From: Hydrolagus affinis
Taxonomy: Eukaryota
Assembly (NCBI GenBank): GCA_012026655.1
Contig: JAAILG010000157.1
Span: forward strand, 1 to 64,000
DNA length: 64,000 bases
Reading direction: 5' to 3'
The position numbers and the translations under genes are program-made. How positions within the stretch are numbered: position 1 is the stretch's first letter; every line of letters starts with the position of its first letter. Under the pieces are notes generated by a model. The model did not search any database and was not told where the DNA came from. It saw only the letters and a list, made by a program, of their open reading frames with translations. Shown here in pieces: positions 36,521-50,125 of this stretch.

Positions 36521-39500
36521 TATTCTGAAAAGGAAATCAATTAGGTGAAAAAAAAGACATTCTCCATCTAAATGTCTCGTGAGCTTTTACAATTATACTT
36601 TAAAAACTAGTATGGTGGGAAAAGTGATGTGTGCATGCATCTTGCTTTTTTGTATTATATGCCCAAAAAAGATTATTAAAGGAAGATACGGATATGGAGA
36701 TATACCTGAGATCCTCGCTCCTGTTTTGAGTTGGTGAAATGTGATGGTTAATGATGAGAAAGTAAGGCTGGCTTTTCCATATTGTAAAGTTCCAGATTGT
36801 AAAGTGATTCCAGTGCTTATGTTGGTGTAAGTAAGTTGTTGAAATTGAAACTGATGTAGGAAAGTTTCCAAAGATTTAACCGTGCATTAAGGAAAATCCA
36901 GTAAAGAGATTCCAAGGCTTAACAAGCTCCAGTGTTTGAGTTGTCAGAAATATGAGGTTGGCCATCTTTTGGCAGCAGTAACCTTCATGGTTAAACCTAC
37001 TGATGTGGGACAAGATACATGACCAATATCTGAATTGAAGTACTGACTGAGAAAGATGGACTTTGTGGAGAGCATATTATTTCCGGATTGAGATAGCAGA
37101 ACGAAGGCAACACATCCCAGAGAGATGATATAAAGTGTTGAGTACCTCCCTTTTTGACAAAGAGACACTATAAATAGTGTTGGTGAAAAGCAGAGGTAGA
37201 CAGCATCTTAACAATGCCCCTAATCAGGATTGGCCTCCAACCTTCATTGGGCAATTTAATGCCTTTTTGGTAAATTATAAAACATCAACCTGATTTCATC
37301 CCATTTCCTTTCAAGAACAACAGAATAAAGCAACAAGTGTTGCAAGTGTTTGTTATTCTTCAGTGTTAGTATAAAATGTATGTGAGTACAGTACAGATAC
37401 ATCATGTGGTTTAAAACAGAATTGGCAAACAAGGAAAATGTCACTCAAGAAAACAAGTTCAATCTGTCAGTCAATTTGTAGCAATATCTTGTTGTAACAT
37501 GTATACACACACCACAATAAATAAACTACTGAGCACTGACTATATCTACAGCAGTTTTAGTGTCCAAATTGTATTTTAGGTAACAGCAAGTAGCAGAAAT
37601 GTATTGGGATACTGTGAATTAGTTGTACGAAAGGGAATAAATACCCTGAGAACCAGTGAACTACAGTATAGATGTGAATCTCTCGGCTCCTGTACTTAAT
37701 GTTTTGATAATTTACTGAGTTAAATTCATAGTTCTTTTCTGTTTTTTACTATTAAACATTAATAAGGCTTTTTTTTTGAAGGCCGCCATATCACAGTGAG
37801 TATATATGCGTTCTCAATCATGTAGGGCACCAGAAGGTGGTACTTCTTCATATCTCAGTACATTTAGGTCACTTTAATGACTTACGCTTGTAATAGGAGA
37901 TCCTATTATCTGTGCATCGTGTCAAAGTGGCTCTAAACTTCCATCTGAGAAGAGCATCGCCTCTGAAATTGTATAAGTATTGCATAAATATGTTTTATTA
38001 ATTTGGTAATATTTGTGGGAAATGTGTGGTTTATTTATTTTAAAAATCCTACATTCCAATATAGCAAATGCCCTTTGCTGAAATACCCTTTTAAAATTTG
38101 GTTGTCTCGTGTATGATCAGTGGGAGCTAGGAAGATGATTTGAGGAAATCATTGATTCCAGCTGGAGTTTATTGACAACGCATTCAATATCTCTCTTCTC
38201 TCTCTCCGACTATTCAGCATGCCCTGTTTCTTTCCGCTAAATTGGGTGGGTTCATGCAAAAAGATTCTACAGGTTCCCAGTGACAAGTGTGCTATTCTTG
38301 TGTCTGGAGGCTAAGTATACGATTTCAAAATTGAAAGAATCACATAGATACAAAGCAATGATATCACCCCTACAAGCACTAAGTCTACTTGACATTATTC
38401 TTTGATTTTATTCAGTCTTTGTCTTGGATTCAAACCGTCTGTATGTAGTGTCCTACAGGACTACCATTTTACCATAAATCAGACAATAATTTGACCAAAT
38501 ATCTTTTCAGATAAATGCAAAACCTCTCTAGGATTTTATTAAAGTCATTAGAATGTTTTGCTTAAGAGCACATACTAATATTTAAGTTATAATTCTATAA
38601 TACTAATCTTAACCCAGTGGTATAACTGTAGAATCCACATTTTTCTGACTGCTAAGTTATTTTCTAAATTCCTATGCACTATGTAAAAAAATCTTTTGGT
38701 GTGCTCTTGTCACTGTACACTACCATTTAATTTTGTAGGCTTTTTGCACGTCTTGTACATGTTTGCAATGGCTATATCCATTTTGCTGTAACCCATGATT
38801 AAAAGCAAGATTTTCCTTTTTACCAGTAGAAATCTTAGACTGTTAAGCATTTTGTTATAAAATGGAACTCTGCCCTTAGTTGTACTGAATTGTTCTGGAA
38901 TTTAAATCTGCTAGTCATTTCGGAAATGGTTCAACTGTCTTCAATGTTTGGTATTACTGTGCATTTTTCACTATGTTATACACAGGCTTGGCAGTCTTAA
39001 GTATTTCTAGAGGGTGAACAAAGAACTGTAGAAAAATGCTGATAGCTCATTGGGAAAACTCTTTGTATCCATTTATACCATTGTAATCAAATTATTTTAA
39101 ACCAACGACTAAACATCGTAGATATTTTGTCAGGTTTTCCAATTTGCATTCAGAACCCAGCTGTACTTTATCTATTTGTGGAGTCTGTAAGTGGTACGTA
39201 TTTCAAAATGTCAGTATTGATGCTCAGTGTGGCTAATAGTGGTGAAATGTGTTTGTTATGTTTTTAAAAAGAAAAATGTGAGCTGGGATGGGGGGTTGGA
39301 GGGGAGTGGTGGGGGGGGGGGGGGGGAGCGGTGGAGAGCACAAGTAGAGAGTGGTGTCAAGCTAAATCAGATCTGTAAAGTGGATGCTATAATGTGTTTA
39401 CTTGTTTGACATTTATCCACAGCACACACTTGAAGAATTTATGTAAAGTACATTTACTTTAGCTGTGACATTTGCTTAGAAAGCTACTAGTTTGAACTGA

Positions 39501-40114
39501 TTGTACAGGATAAAAACTTTAGAAAGCAGAGAGCTGAAGTCTTGTTGTTTGTAGTTGGTATTGAAGCGTGAAATTGATGTGTAACTTATAAACAAATAGT
39601 ACCAATTAAATGTATGAACTTTGAGGCCATCTAAAATGACCTTCATATTGTGCATTTAGCAAATGAAAGAAATTTTTTGAGGGGATTCACTTAGACTTTT
39701 AAAAATGAGGATTGGGAGGCTCAGTACCCACATGGACGTGGGAGAAATCTAACAATGCAGGTGATGATTTCTAAATGTATTTCATAAGGAAACAAAGGAC
39801 CCAACTCCAGCTCTCTGCATCTTTGAAAAACCTTGTTTCAAAGCAGAATTGTGAGTTACCGTGACAGAGGGGATAGACTTGGGAATACCAAAAAAGGTGT
39901 CCCCATTCCTGGATTTCCTTATTCAGGAATCCCATTAGAAATCAGTCCACGGTCTACGTTTGAATAGACTGTACTGATTTGAAACCCAAATCACCGAAGA
40001 CTGCCAAATCTTACAGATAACATGAAATCAGCAAATGTGCCTGTTATTGTTATGTATGTTATTAATGTCAATGTATTGTGTTATTCAGAAGGCACTTTAT
40101 TTCTTTTCTTTTGT

Positions 40115-40130
40115 AATAAAACACAATAAA
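40115..40130 (+). terminator. Tandem AATAAA polyadenylation signals, likely distal end of the SEMA4B 3' UTR
   Basis: AATAAA-ACAC-AATAAA, with U-rich sequence upstream and GT/T-rich sequence downstream (TTTTTCAGATTTGTGTTTG). Confidence 0.55.
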
Positions 40131-42879
40131 AATGTTGTATTTTGGTACTGAAATCTATGCATACATTTTTCAGATTTGTGTTTGGGGCTGACACTAGTTG
40201 CCTCCAGACTGAGGCAATTTGCCATCAGTCTGTCCTTTGGCAATATATTGTCTGGAGTCTGAGGGTGGAGTATTCCTCCACTTCTTCTGCGATGGCAGAA
40301 CAGACCAGAGCGTCAGGTGACACACACACCCCAGAGGATTAACCTTCACAGGTTTTTAGTTGGTTTTGCACCAGTGTTTTAAAGCTCTTGTGAGACCCCA
40401 ACCCCCTCCCACAGCAGATTAATGCTACAAATATACATGTCTCTATCATATTTACGATTCAAAATTATTTGTTTAGCTTATCTTAGAACTGCACCTTAAA
40501 TTGACGTTAGAACAATATAATTTGCCCAACCTTTTCCAGCTACGATCAGGGAAGCTACTAGTTGAAGGTCAATACTTTACGAAAGCATCTGAGTTACTAA
40601 CCATTTTTGCAGTAACTTTAGAACACACAGTCTTTTAATTTGGAAGCTGATTCTTTTCACTGTGGAATCCTGGCTTGAAAATGTAAGAATTTTCCTCCAT
40701 ATTGCAAAAAAAAACTGGCTAAGATTGGTGGAATGTCGCCCTTCGGAGAGAATATGTTTAATACCAGTGTTTATTATAAAATTAATAATCAAGCCTTTAT
40801 AATATGCAAGATGCACTTCCGTCCATTTTGCCAGAAAGATATAAGAATGAATGAAGGCAAACCCAATTTGAATCTGGGTTTGCAGAATCTAACTCCTGTT
40901 TTCTATGCAAATTCAACAAGTCTACTTTAAATGACAACTTTAAACAAGCACCTCATGTCTTGGCTGCAACACACAGCTGCAGTCAGGGTGGTGTGATCTC
41001 TGTACCACAATGACACTTAAATCCACAGTAATTACAATACCGCTGATCCTGCACGAACACAGAAACTGGTGCCAGCAACACTTAGAAAGGGCACAGCCTG
41101 CTTGATCAACATGACATTTTAACCCTTTTTTTAAAAAAAAAGCATTTCAAAGACAGAAACAACCATCCATTCATAATAATTGATTTTGAGACCCAGCTTC
41201 AGAGTCTTCAAGCACATATTTTGTAAAAATGGCACACCCAGTAAAGGGTGCTCTGTTATCCCCCATTCAAAATAATTTTAATGTGTGATCTTTTTAAGAG
41301 TTTCACATTTGTATTTGACAGGTGTTGTGCCTTTTACAAAGACATAATGCTTATCATGGATTGCAAACACAAAGTGTGCCAGCAATGACAACTTATTTCG
41401 GGCTTCCTTGATATCTGAGGTGAGACAAGACTGACTCGTGACCTGGAAATTGAACACCCACCAATGGCACCCATATCATCTTGTGTTGCTGGCTTCTGGG
41501 GATACGAAAACCTCCTCTTTGGGCAAGTCTCATAGCCTGCAGAGGCAGCAGTAAGGTCTCATTCACCTCACATCAAAAGAGGGAAATCCCATTAGAAGTG
41601 CAACACAGCTAAACACTGTCTGAGCGGCAGAATATGTGAAATCCTGACAATCTATTTTGAGGAGGACCCATGAATTTGGATAAGAAATAAGAACATTGTC
41701 TGATTGTGTTTTCCTTCTCCCCAGCTCCATGGTGCTGAGATAGATTGTAATACTTCCTACTACTGTACTATTTGGACTGAGACCAACTCAGAAAGAACTT
41801 GGGATTTTCTAAACCTCTGTAGTTCAACATCACCCTGGGAAGCTTTTTTCTCTCAATTGGATTCTCAGGAAAGCTCTATGCAAGTGAAGTTTAAGGTGAG
41901 GTGGTGGAGGGAAGAATAAGTCAATAACTAGCTTAGCAGCCAGACAGTGACAACAACAACAAAAATTACTTGTGTTTAGCGCCTTTCAAGTCGGGAGGAA
42001 GTTGCTGGGCAGTCAGTGTTTCGGACCCGAGCTGGGGTCGGAATCACGGAGGGGGGAGGGAGGGAGTGGGGGTGACCAATGGTAGTAATTTGAGAAAAAA
42101 GCACAATTAATGCAGTGGCGGTCGCAATAATAATAATCCCTGCAAGTGATATAATACCTTATCAAGCCTTTGGGACATTGCAAAGTGCTTCACTGAATGC
42201 ACACTGTGAATTGACTGTATATCTATTGAGCAAAACACTAACAATCTTGTATAATTTATGAAGAAACAGTCTATCTGCCGCCTGACTTGGCAAATTAATG
42301 AAAAATGGCAAATACCCATGGGTGTTGTGCTCATCTGTGACAGACAGACAACACCTCCCCTTGCAGGCAATAATCAGAGGAGGTAAAAGCAGTTTAGCTA
42401 TTATTCCCAAACACATCATAATAGGATTCCTCCAGGCTCACAGGAAAGTGAGAACTGTTCTGAAACCTAATTTTGTTGACTACCCTGTGTGCAGCTGCAT
42501 CTTTTGGAGAAAAGTCCTCTATAATAATCTTTGCATTTGATATAGCGCATTATCACGTCTTCGAGACATTCAAAGGGCTTCACAGATTAGATTATACGTG
42601 ATAAGTAAAGCAAATTGACTATGTTTTGTGCATATATCTAAGGCATTGTTTGGACATTTACGGTCAAAATGTGCAACTTTTCCCAAGTACAGTATATTCA
42701 ATGTGACATTTACTGGAGTGACACCAATGTGGCTTGTTTCACCTCTAAGCAGTGGTAAATCTTACTATTCTTGAAACGCATGGCATTTGTTAATGAAGCT
42801 TCATTAGCCACATGGGTGTAGATTACATAAATCACATTTACATTGAGAAACCAAGCTTTTGCAGCACATCACAAGATTT

Positions 42880-43026
42880 ACTGCAGCTGAAGTTACTGTG
42901 TATATAGTGGCCAATTTACACTAATGAATGTCTCAAAAACAGCCATGAAGTGAATGACCAATTTTATTTTGGGGGATTGTTGGCTGGGAGAAACTCCCTT
43001 CCCAAGAGTGCCATGGGATCTTTAAC
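42880..43026 (-). mobile_element. Old SINE with longer Deu domain
   Basis: Reverse complement contains AAAGATCCCATGGCACT...GGGAGTTTCTCCCAGCCAACAATCCCCCAAAATAAAATTGGTCATTCACTTCATGGCTGTTT. Confidence 0.7.
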
Positions 43027-45629
43027 TTTTTTTCTATTCTAATTATCACATGAAAGAAGTATCATCAGAAAGAACACAGTGAATTTTAATCCCATGGATC
43101 AGCTATACTTTTGATTCCACGTGATGAGTAGCACATCCAAATGGTTACAAAATACCAAACACACCCTTTTTGAATCAGTTTCTTGGCACTCATTTTTGAG
43201 CCAGATTTTCCTCCATAAACACCATCTAAACTCCACTTATTTATGTTACAAAACTTTGCCCTATGATCTGTGCCAAGTCTTTGCAATAAGTTCTACAATT
43301 AGTGTATAAATGCCTACTGCAAATCTTACTCTTCAATTACAGCAGCCAGGGAAGAAACGTGCTAGAATTCTCTAAACTGATTCAGAATGCACATTGAGTG
43401 CAACCGAAGGTTGCTGGTTGATGAATAACAGCACAGAATGCATGATTTTATAAGCTAGTAAGAGCAACTCTTTAAAAGGGCAAGTCAATGGCAAGCTGTT
43501 CAATCAGGCTTACAGAAACGACTGATAGAAATCAAAAGGTCACCCAGGAATTAGTCCGAATTAATTCCATGTGATTTGAATTATTCAACAGGGAATGACG
43601 ACAATATATAGTTATCCATAAGTTAGAAATTTTTACAATGTTTTCCCTGCAATGTCACATTGTGTCAATCTATGTGGACAAAGTGAGTTATAGAATCAAT
43701 ACAATTCAGCCCAATTTTATAATTATTAAGGAAATGGGATGTAATTCCTGCCGATTCACAAGTCCCTTTGACGCAATCGACTTGTGAAACAGAGTTCCAA
43801 CGGGGCATGGTGATGTAATTTTGGATAGAATCAGGAACCCTCAAAGGAAACCTTTTTGAAGATATTCAATTAGAGATTGCTGCATATCAGACTACAATGT
43901 ACCCATCTGATGAGTCATTGACTGACTCTCTATGAAGGCTTGCTTAAAAACGAAATACGTGTGACCTTAGGAAAGTTTTTTTTTAAACTAAGATGGACAC
44001 ACACTTAAATGAATTCAAGCAAAACATAGCTGAATAAAGTTTTTGAACATTTCAAACAATTAAACATTTTGGTTATCATTCAACAGTTCTGGTTGCAAGC
44101 AGGATAGATACTCAAAAACTCTATCCACATTTTAAGTTCATCTGTTTGTTCACATTTTATGTTCATTGCTACCTCTCCTATGTCAGGCAGCTTGTGAAGG
44201 TCATTTGCTTAACAAAAGGCAGCCTATCTGACTCTGGGTTCCAGTGGGAAGCTCTGTCTTTTAGGCCTGGAAATTTAAAATCAGCTTTGTTGTCAGTGTG
44301 CTGTGCTTCTGAGCCAAGTTCTATTGTAAATCAGGCTATTATTTCTGCTAGTGCAACCTGCCCAAACCTCAGTCTTAATTCTTGCCAAATATGCGTAATC
44401 CAATTTGTGGGTTTTAACATGTCTTTACTAGCATCGTATCCCTCCCAGGCAGCAGGGTACCATCCAACTACACCAAAGTAGAGTTTGATGTTGTAAGATT
44501 ATTATCTTCAGCCAAGATATTCTTGCTTCCACATAAACACTTGCTGCAATTCAATTAATTGACTGAGGTGATGCCATAACAAGTCAGAGGAAAGTTCAGT
44601 TTGCAAACACCATTTGAGCTTCTCAGCTTAATGCACAATTTTTTTTGTTAGATCTTTATCCGTCAAGCTATAAATGAGGCATAATTGGCTGTCAATTAGT
44701 ACCTTAATGCTTGCAAAATTCTGCTCTGTTTCAGAATGGTATAGTATCTGTACAGGACTTGTATGCCATCTGGTGTCAGCATGTGAATATCACAAAACAA
44801 CAAAAATGGCTTCCGTAACAGATTCTCGGTACACGTCGGCGTACAACACAACAGAATGAAAGATTATGATCACATTGAATCCGTTATGAAATGTAATGAA
44901 TTTCTCCCCACTTTCGCCAATAAAGTACATAGTCACTACACTTTACAGCTGTGAAGCACTTACAAAGAAAGCAAGAGGACCTGGGTTTGATTCTCGGGCA
45001 GGTTAGTGTAAAACCAGCAGTAAGTAGGAACCCGGTTGTTAGTTGATTAGCGAAATGATCGCTTTCCAGGGTTAATAATCCCTTCAACAAGATTTTTTAA
45101 ATTATTATTTGATCCACTGGGATATTATTTGATACACAGCCTTTGGCTGCCTGTTTCAACCACAAAATACACAGCAACAACATTTATTTAGTGCCCTTCA
45201 TGTGGGGCAGTTTATCCTGTGAAGAGCTTCGAAATGTTAGGGCTTTGGCTTTCAGGGTTGTAACAAGAGCTGAGTGGTAAGAATCCCTGCTGCCAGTGAC
45301 TGATCTGCCCCTCCAGTGCTTCCAATAAACCAGGCTAGGCTGGCTGGTCTGTTGTTAGCAGTGCCCTGGACTACCCGATTCAGGCACTGGCCCGCCTACA
45401 CAACAACCGAGAGTTGACTCGATTGTGATATTCTTGCTGCCTCCCAACCCCCCGGAATCCTTAAAGGTTTTGTCAGGAGTGTTTGATGACCAAGTAAGGA
45501 TTAAACAAATTGCATTTTATGACAGAAAAGCTATTATTTACACAAGGGTGTAAAATTTCTTTCAAAACTGAAACTTTTTTTTGGAGTAGGTGAATGTGGC
45601 AGTCAATTTTCACACAGAAACACCCCACA

Positions 45630-45700
45630 AACAACAACTACAACAACAACTTCAATTTATATAGTGCCCTCCATGCCGGACGGCGTCTCAGAGCGCTTCG
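45630..45700 (-). mobile_element. L2-type tail, third variant
   Basis: ACAACAACAAC...TATATAGTGCCCTCCATGCCGGACGGCGTCTCAGAGCGC. A second copy lies at 25641-25706. Confidence 0.7.
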
Positions 45701-47679
45701 AGGGATAACAGAGATAAATCAATGACCATTAAAAAAAAGGGATTTAGACAAATGACCTTCACAAGCTGTCTATATGCTTCACATGGTTAAGATATTGCAA
45801 AATGGTAATGACTGTGCCACTGTGGGTGAACACAGAAGCTGCACCGTCATAGGACTGTAGTATGCACCAGTAAATCTGCACTTAGCATGGTTAAACCCAG
45901 CGTTTGGGCTAATGAGTGAAATTAGGTAATAGGTGTTGATGGAAACAATCCCAATCCAGGAGACTGTTGTACTGATAGAACGGCAATGACAGAAGTCTGC
46001 AAGGAGACCATTGGTGCATCATCTTACTTACACCAAATGTCACCCAATCCGTTCTCTGCGCCTTGGTCCCTATACAAATAGAAATGGTGATATTGGGAGA
46101 AAGTCAATACCGCTGAATTATATATATCAGCTAGGAGGAGAAAAATAAAATAAAATGTACTATACCATGGGGATACATTATTTGAGCAATGAAAGGTTAC
46201 AAAGTGTGTGTCTTTTTGTATGTGTGTATCTCTCGAAGAAGAAGAATGTGTGTCTCTGTCTGCATCTCTTAGTGTCTGTGTCTCTCAGTATGTGTATCTC
46301 TGGGTCTCTGTGTATGGTGCTGAGCCCTGAGAGGCAGGAGGTGCTGATGTCCTGCAGAAGTGCAGTCAGGCCTCTGGTCCTGTCTGCTTTTTGGTGGATC
46401 TCCAGGCCCTGTATACCTGAGCTAGTGTGCCCGCCTCCCACCCTATGAGCCACCCAGTTTTTGTTAAAGAAAAATTTAATACAAATGTTTTGCAACAATT
46501 TAATAGGTGTTATTTCCTCATGTTCAGTTTATGATCAATAAAGTTAAAATATGTAGATTGGCAGTAAATCAACTCACCGTAATTTTCCCACAATGTTTGG
46601 CGAATATTTCTGCACTTTTCTGTTGGTCCAGGTCATAACTGTATTAATTTAAGCCACAACTCTGGATGGTAGCTGCAATGTCCACTTGCTGCCAGAAGAA
46701 GTCAGCAAACAGTTTTGGAGGAAAAGACAGAGAAAGATACAGAAGCACTTACTGAATTATCCAATAGAATAATCCTTGATCTCACTGTGAACTTGTAGGC
46801 AAACACAGCAGCCAATTCATAGAATATAAACAGCAGTATGGACTAGTTGGGTAGAATAGTTTCTGTGCTGTGATGTTCTATGTATTTCTATATAAATAAT
46901 TGACTGATTTTTTCCCAAACACTCCAACTTGAAGAAGGTATTATGTCACCAAATTCCACCCCCCACTCCCGCCCTCTATTTCAAATTCATGAAAACTAGC
47001 CAATTAGAAAATTCTTCAACTACAATTTGCAAATCACCCATTTAAAACCCCAATTTTTAAAAAATATATAATTAAATGCAGTTCTTGGTCATTCACCACA
47101 AGAGGACGCTCTTATGATAAATTTTGTGCTATAGTGCTGTGGACTTTGGACATCACAGCTAGTGTGTAGTTTAGTTCTAAACCAATGTCATCAGCAGATT
47201 AACACCGATGATTAGATATGTTTGCATCCGAAAACATAAATAATCGTATTGCATGGCTCTTGACTACAAACTAGGACCTCTGCATGTGATTCTCCAAATA
47301 TTCTATCAACTTTTAGCTTAGAACAGAAAGTGTATCCACTCCAGATACAGTAGTATCTGTAGTTGTCCCAGCGCTTTGGGACGACCTCCCGACATGAAAG
47401 GCGCTATATGTAATTTTGTTGTTGTTGTTGTACTTACTTTCACTGAACTCCAGAGAATAGCAACCAATTCAAACATTTGCTGAGTCTTAGAAAAGAGCAG
47501 AAAACACAATGCACTTTTTTCTGGTCTGCAAGTTCCTTTTTGTTTTCAATACTTTTAAAAAAAACATAGGGGAGAGGGTAATATTATCATAAATAATTTC
47601 CAAGTGCCTCTATTACTATTAACATTTTGATAGATTTAATGCCAGCAGAAATGGATAGGTCACTAAAAGTAGCATGTTG

Positions 47680-47808
47680 GCTGTGTGCAATTGGCTGCCA
47701 AATTACACCCACAAAACACAACTTTACAGTATATTCTGTGAAGCGATTTGAGATATCTGAATGATGTGATAAGGCGCTATATCAAATGCAAGGATTATTA
47801 TTACTATT
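47680..47808 (+). mobile_element. SINE 3' half with (TAT)n tail
   Basis: GCTGTGTGCAATTGGCTGCC...GTGATAAGGCGCTATATCAAATGCAAGGATTATTATT. Similar stubs lie at 23418-23555, 24230-24331, 27930-28040, 42126-42225, 42520-42625, 49265-49382, 53440-53640, 54160-54270, 56770-56870 and 59330-59450. Confidence 0.8.
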
Positions 47809-48096
47809 ACAACAACAAAATTACATTTATCGAGCACTTTTCAGGTCGGGAAGATGTCCCAAGGCACTGAACAATCAGGGGTCAGGACCCGGGCATGGGG
47901 GGGACCCCGGACAGGGTTGGGATGAGGAAGGGAACAAGGATCTTGAATTCGATCCTCTGAGGAATGGGGAGCCAGTGGAGCCAGGTGAAGGTGGGAATGA
48001 TGGGGTCGCGGAGCATGGTGTGGGAGAGGAGAGTGTTTGGGATGATCTACAGCTTGTGGAGAGAAGAATTGGGGAGGCCGACAAGGAGGGACTATT
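47809..48096 (-). mobile_element. Internally deleted L2 3' fragment
   Basis: The minus strand encodes LLVGLPNSSLHKL...WLHWLPIPQRIEFKIL (L2 LHWLP..RI.FKI motif), joined almost directly to the (TGT)n tail. Confidence 0.8.
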
Positions 48097-48494
48097 CATT
48101 TCAATGCCAATACCAATTCAGAAAAATTGCAGGACTACTACAGAATACAAAGCAATTTATTTTATTCATTAAGCATTTGGTCTACATCAGAAAGTGACAC
48201 ATTTGAGCAATGTTTGTCAAAAATCTTTATGGCTCATTCTAAAAATAGCAATGCAAGTGGTGTCCAGAACAACTGTTCAAACCTTCATTGTACAGAAAAA
48301 TATTTTATATAAATTTTAAATATGTTTGGATATTAAAATAGGAGGAGCTTCCAGGAATGCCAGTTGCTAGGTGTGTAAACTCTCATAAATCAATATTACC
48401 ATAGTAATACACTGAGCAACAGTTGTGAGCTGGGCCAATAAAACGTGTGGCAGAATTTTTTTCATGGAATCCACCATAAAAAATGTTAATTTCC

Positions 48495-48696
48495 CAGCAG
48501 ATATTTGTGGGCAAAACGCATAGAGCAATGTCCCATGAACAGTCATAGATTGAAATGACCAAATTATTGTGTGTGTTTTTGCTTTAAAGGGATTATTATT
48601 AGGCATGTTCAGGAAAGAAACTTGCTCAAGGTTTTACCTTGCCTGGAATTGAACCCAGATCACTCACTTGTAAAACCACGGAGCTACAGGAGTCCA
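48495..48696 (-). mobile_element. SINE subfamily A, lacking tail
   Basis: Reverse complement of the head and core of 554-760. Confidence 0.75.
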
Positions 48697-49899
48697 CCTT
48701 TGGTTTAAGACAGGTGAAATTACAATGGTTCACTGCTTTTGGAATGACGAGTAAGACTGAGGAATGAGGAACTAATACCTTTACATGGATGGCTGAGTTG
48801 CTGTCAAATCAGTTCCAATGATGATGGGCAACTAAAGTGACAAAGAGAGGCAAAGAGAGGTAGGACATGCAAATACAGTGCTTATGAAATTGCATCATCT
48901 TAAATGGAGAGTAAACTCCCCCACAAAAATTCTGTACCAGTATTTAGTAACTCTGCAACATATTACCATGCATACAAGAGTGAACTGCTGGGAGATGGCA
49001 ATCTGTACATTCAAACATAATTATAGTACAGTATAATTTAATTGGTTTCTTTGGAAATAAGGAATTTGCATGATATTTAAATTTTTCTGGAACTTTTTTG
49101 GGGAAAATCCTGCCACCACCACTTCCATTATTTCGTTTTTTATATCCCTCAAATCCAGTTATGTTTTCATGTAGTGAATTACTAGTTGAATACAATATGC
49201 AACATTAGAGGATTAAAATGTCTGATAAAAATATGAAAGGAAACAATAAGGTGTATGTCAACTGCATGATTGTTTGTGGGACATTACTATGTGCAAGCTG
49301 GCTGCCACATTTGTCCCACAAAATACAGTCAATTCACTTTACACTTTATCCTGTGAAGTGCTCTGAGATGTCTCGATGATGTAATATTATGAACTCACTG
49401 ACAGAAACTGCAGTTCAAGCAAATAGCATAATGCATTTACAAGATAACCTGATGCATACATGAGAAAGAATTTAATAGACAGATACAAGTGAAGTGAGTA
49501 GGAGGGATGGAGGCTTGTGCTGAGTACAAACACCAGAACAAGGAAATTTGGGTTGAATTCCCTGTTTCCATGCTGTGTACTCTGTGCAACATACATTTCT
49601 TCTGCTCTCAGCTATCTGTGCAATTTTCATTTCTGTTGCCAATATATTTGTGCTTCAGGCTAATGCTATAAACCAGTTACACTGGAATTTAAAGGAGACA
49701 CACCTCAACGGCATCTTAATATTTATATACTTAACTATGACTACCACAGGGGAGAGTCTACTTACTAAACAGGAATTCTTGGTTACACCCATTTGATGTC
49801 ACAAGTTTTAATGTTAGATATCCCAAGGAAACAAAACAGTGTATGTCTTATCTCGTTGCAGTATGCAGATAGGACATTGTTCTCTTACCTCGATTGTTA

Positions 49900-50125
49900 G
49901 TTCCAGCCCTTCTTGGGAATTTTAAGCTCACAGTCCATACTAACTCTCCATTGTCGGAGACGCCATCGTTCAGATGAGACATGAAACCAAGATCCCATCT
50001 GCATGTTCAGGTGGACATTAAAAGACTTGAAAAGAGAAGCAAGTTCCTCCTGGCCAACAATTCCCAAGATAAAAATTGATCATTCACTTCATGGCTGTTT
50101 ATGGGATATCGATGTGTGCAATTCA
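49900..50125 (+). mobile_element. Old SINE with extended Deu domain (AmnSINE1/SacSINE1-like)
   Basis: GTCGGAGACGCCATCGTTCAGATGAGACATGAAACC...TTCAGGTGGACATTAAAAGA...CCTGGCCAACAATTCCC...TCATTCACTTCATGGCTGTTTATGGGAT. Resemblance to the Deu consensus is from memory. Confidence 0.7.

Noticed and set aside
43755-43788. 10-bp perfect inverted repeat TTCACAAGTC/GACTTGTGAA with a 14-nt loop
   Set aside because: Arms this short with a flexible spacer are expected by chance in 64 kb.
47786-48197. Overlapping 74-128 aa ORFs
   Set aside because: They are alternative frames of a decayed L2 fragment and SINE tail.
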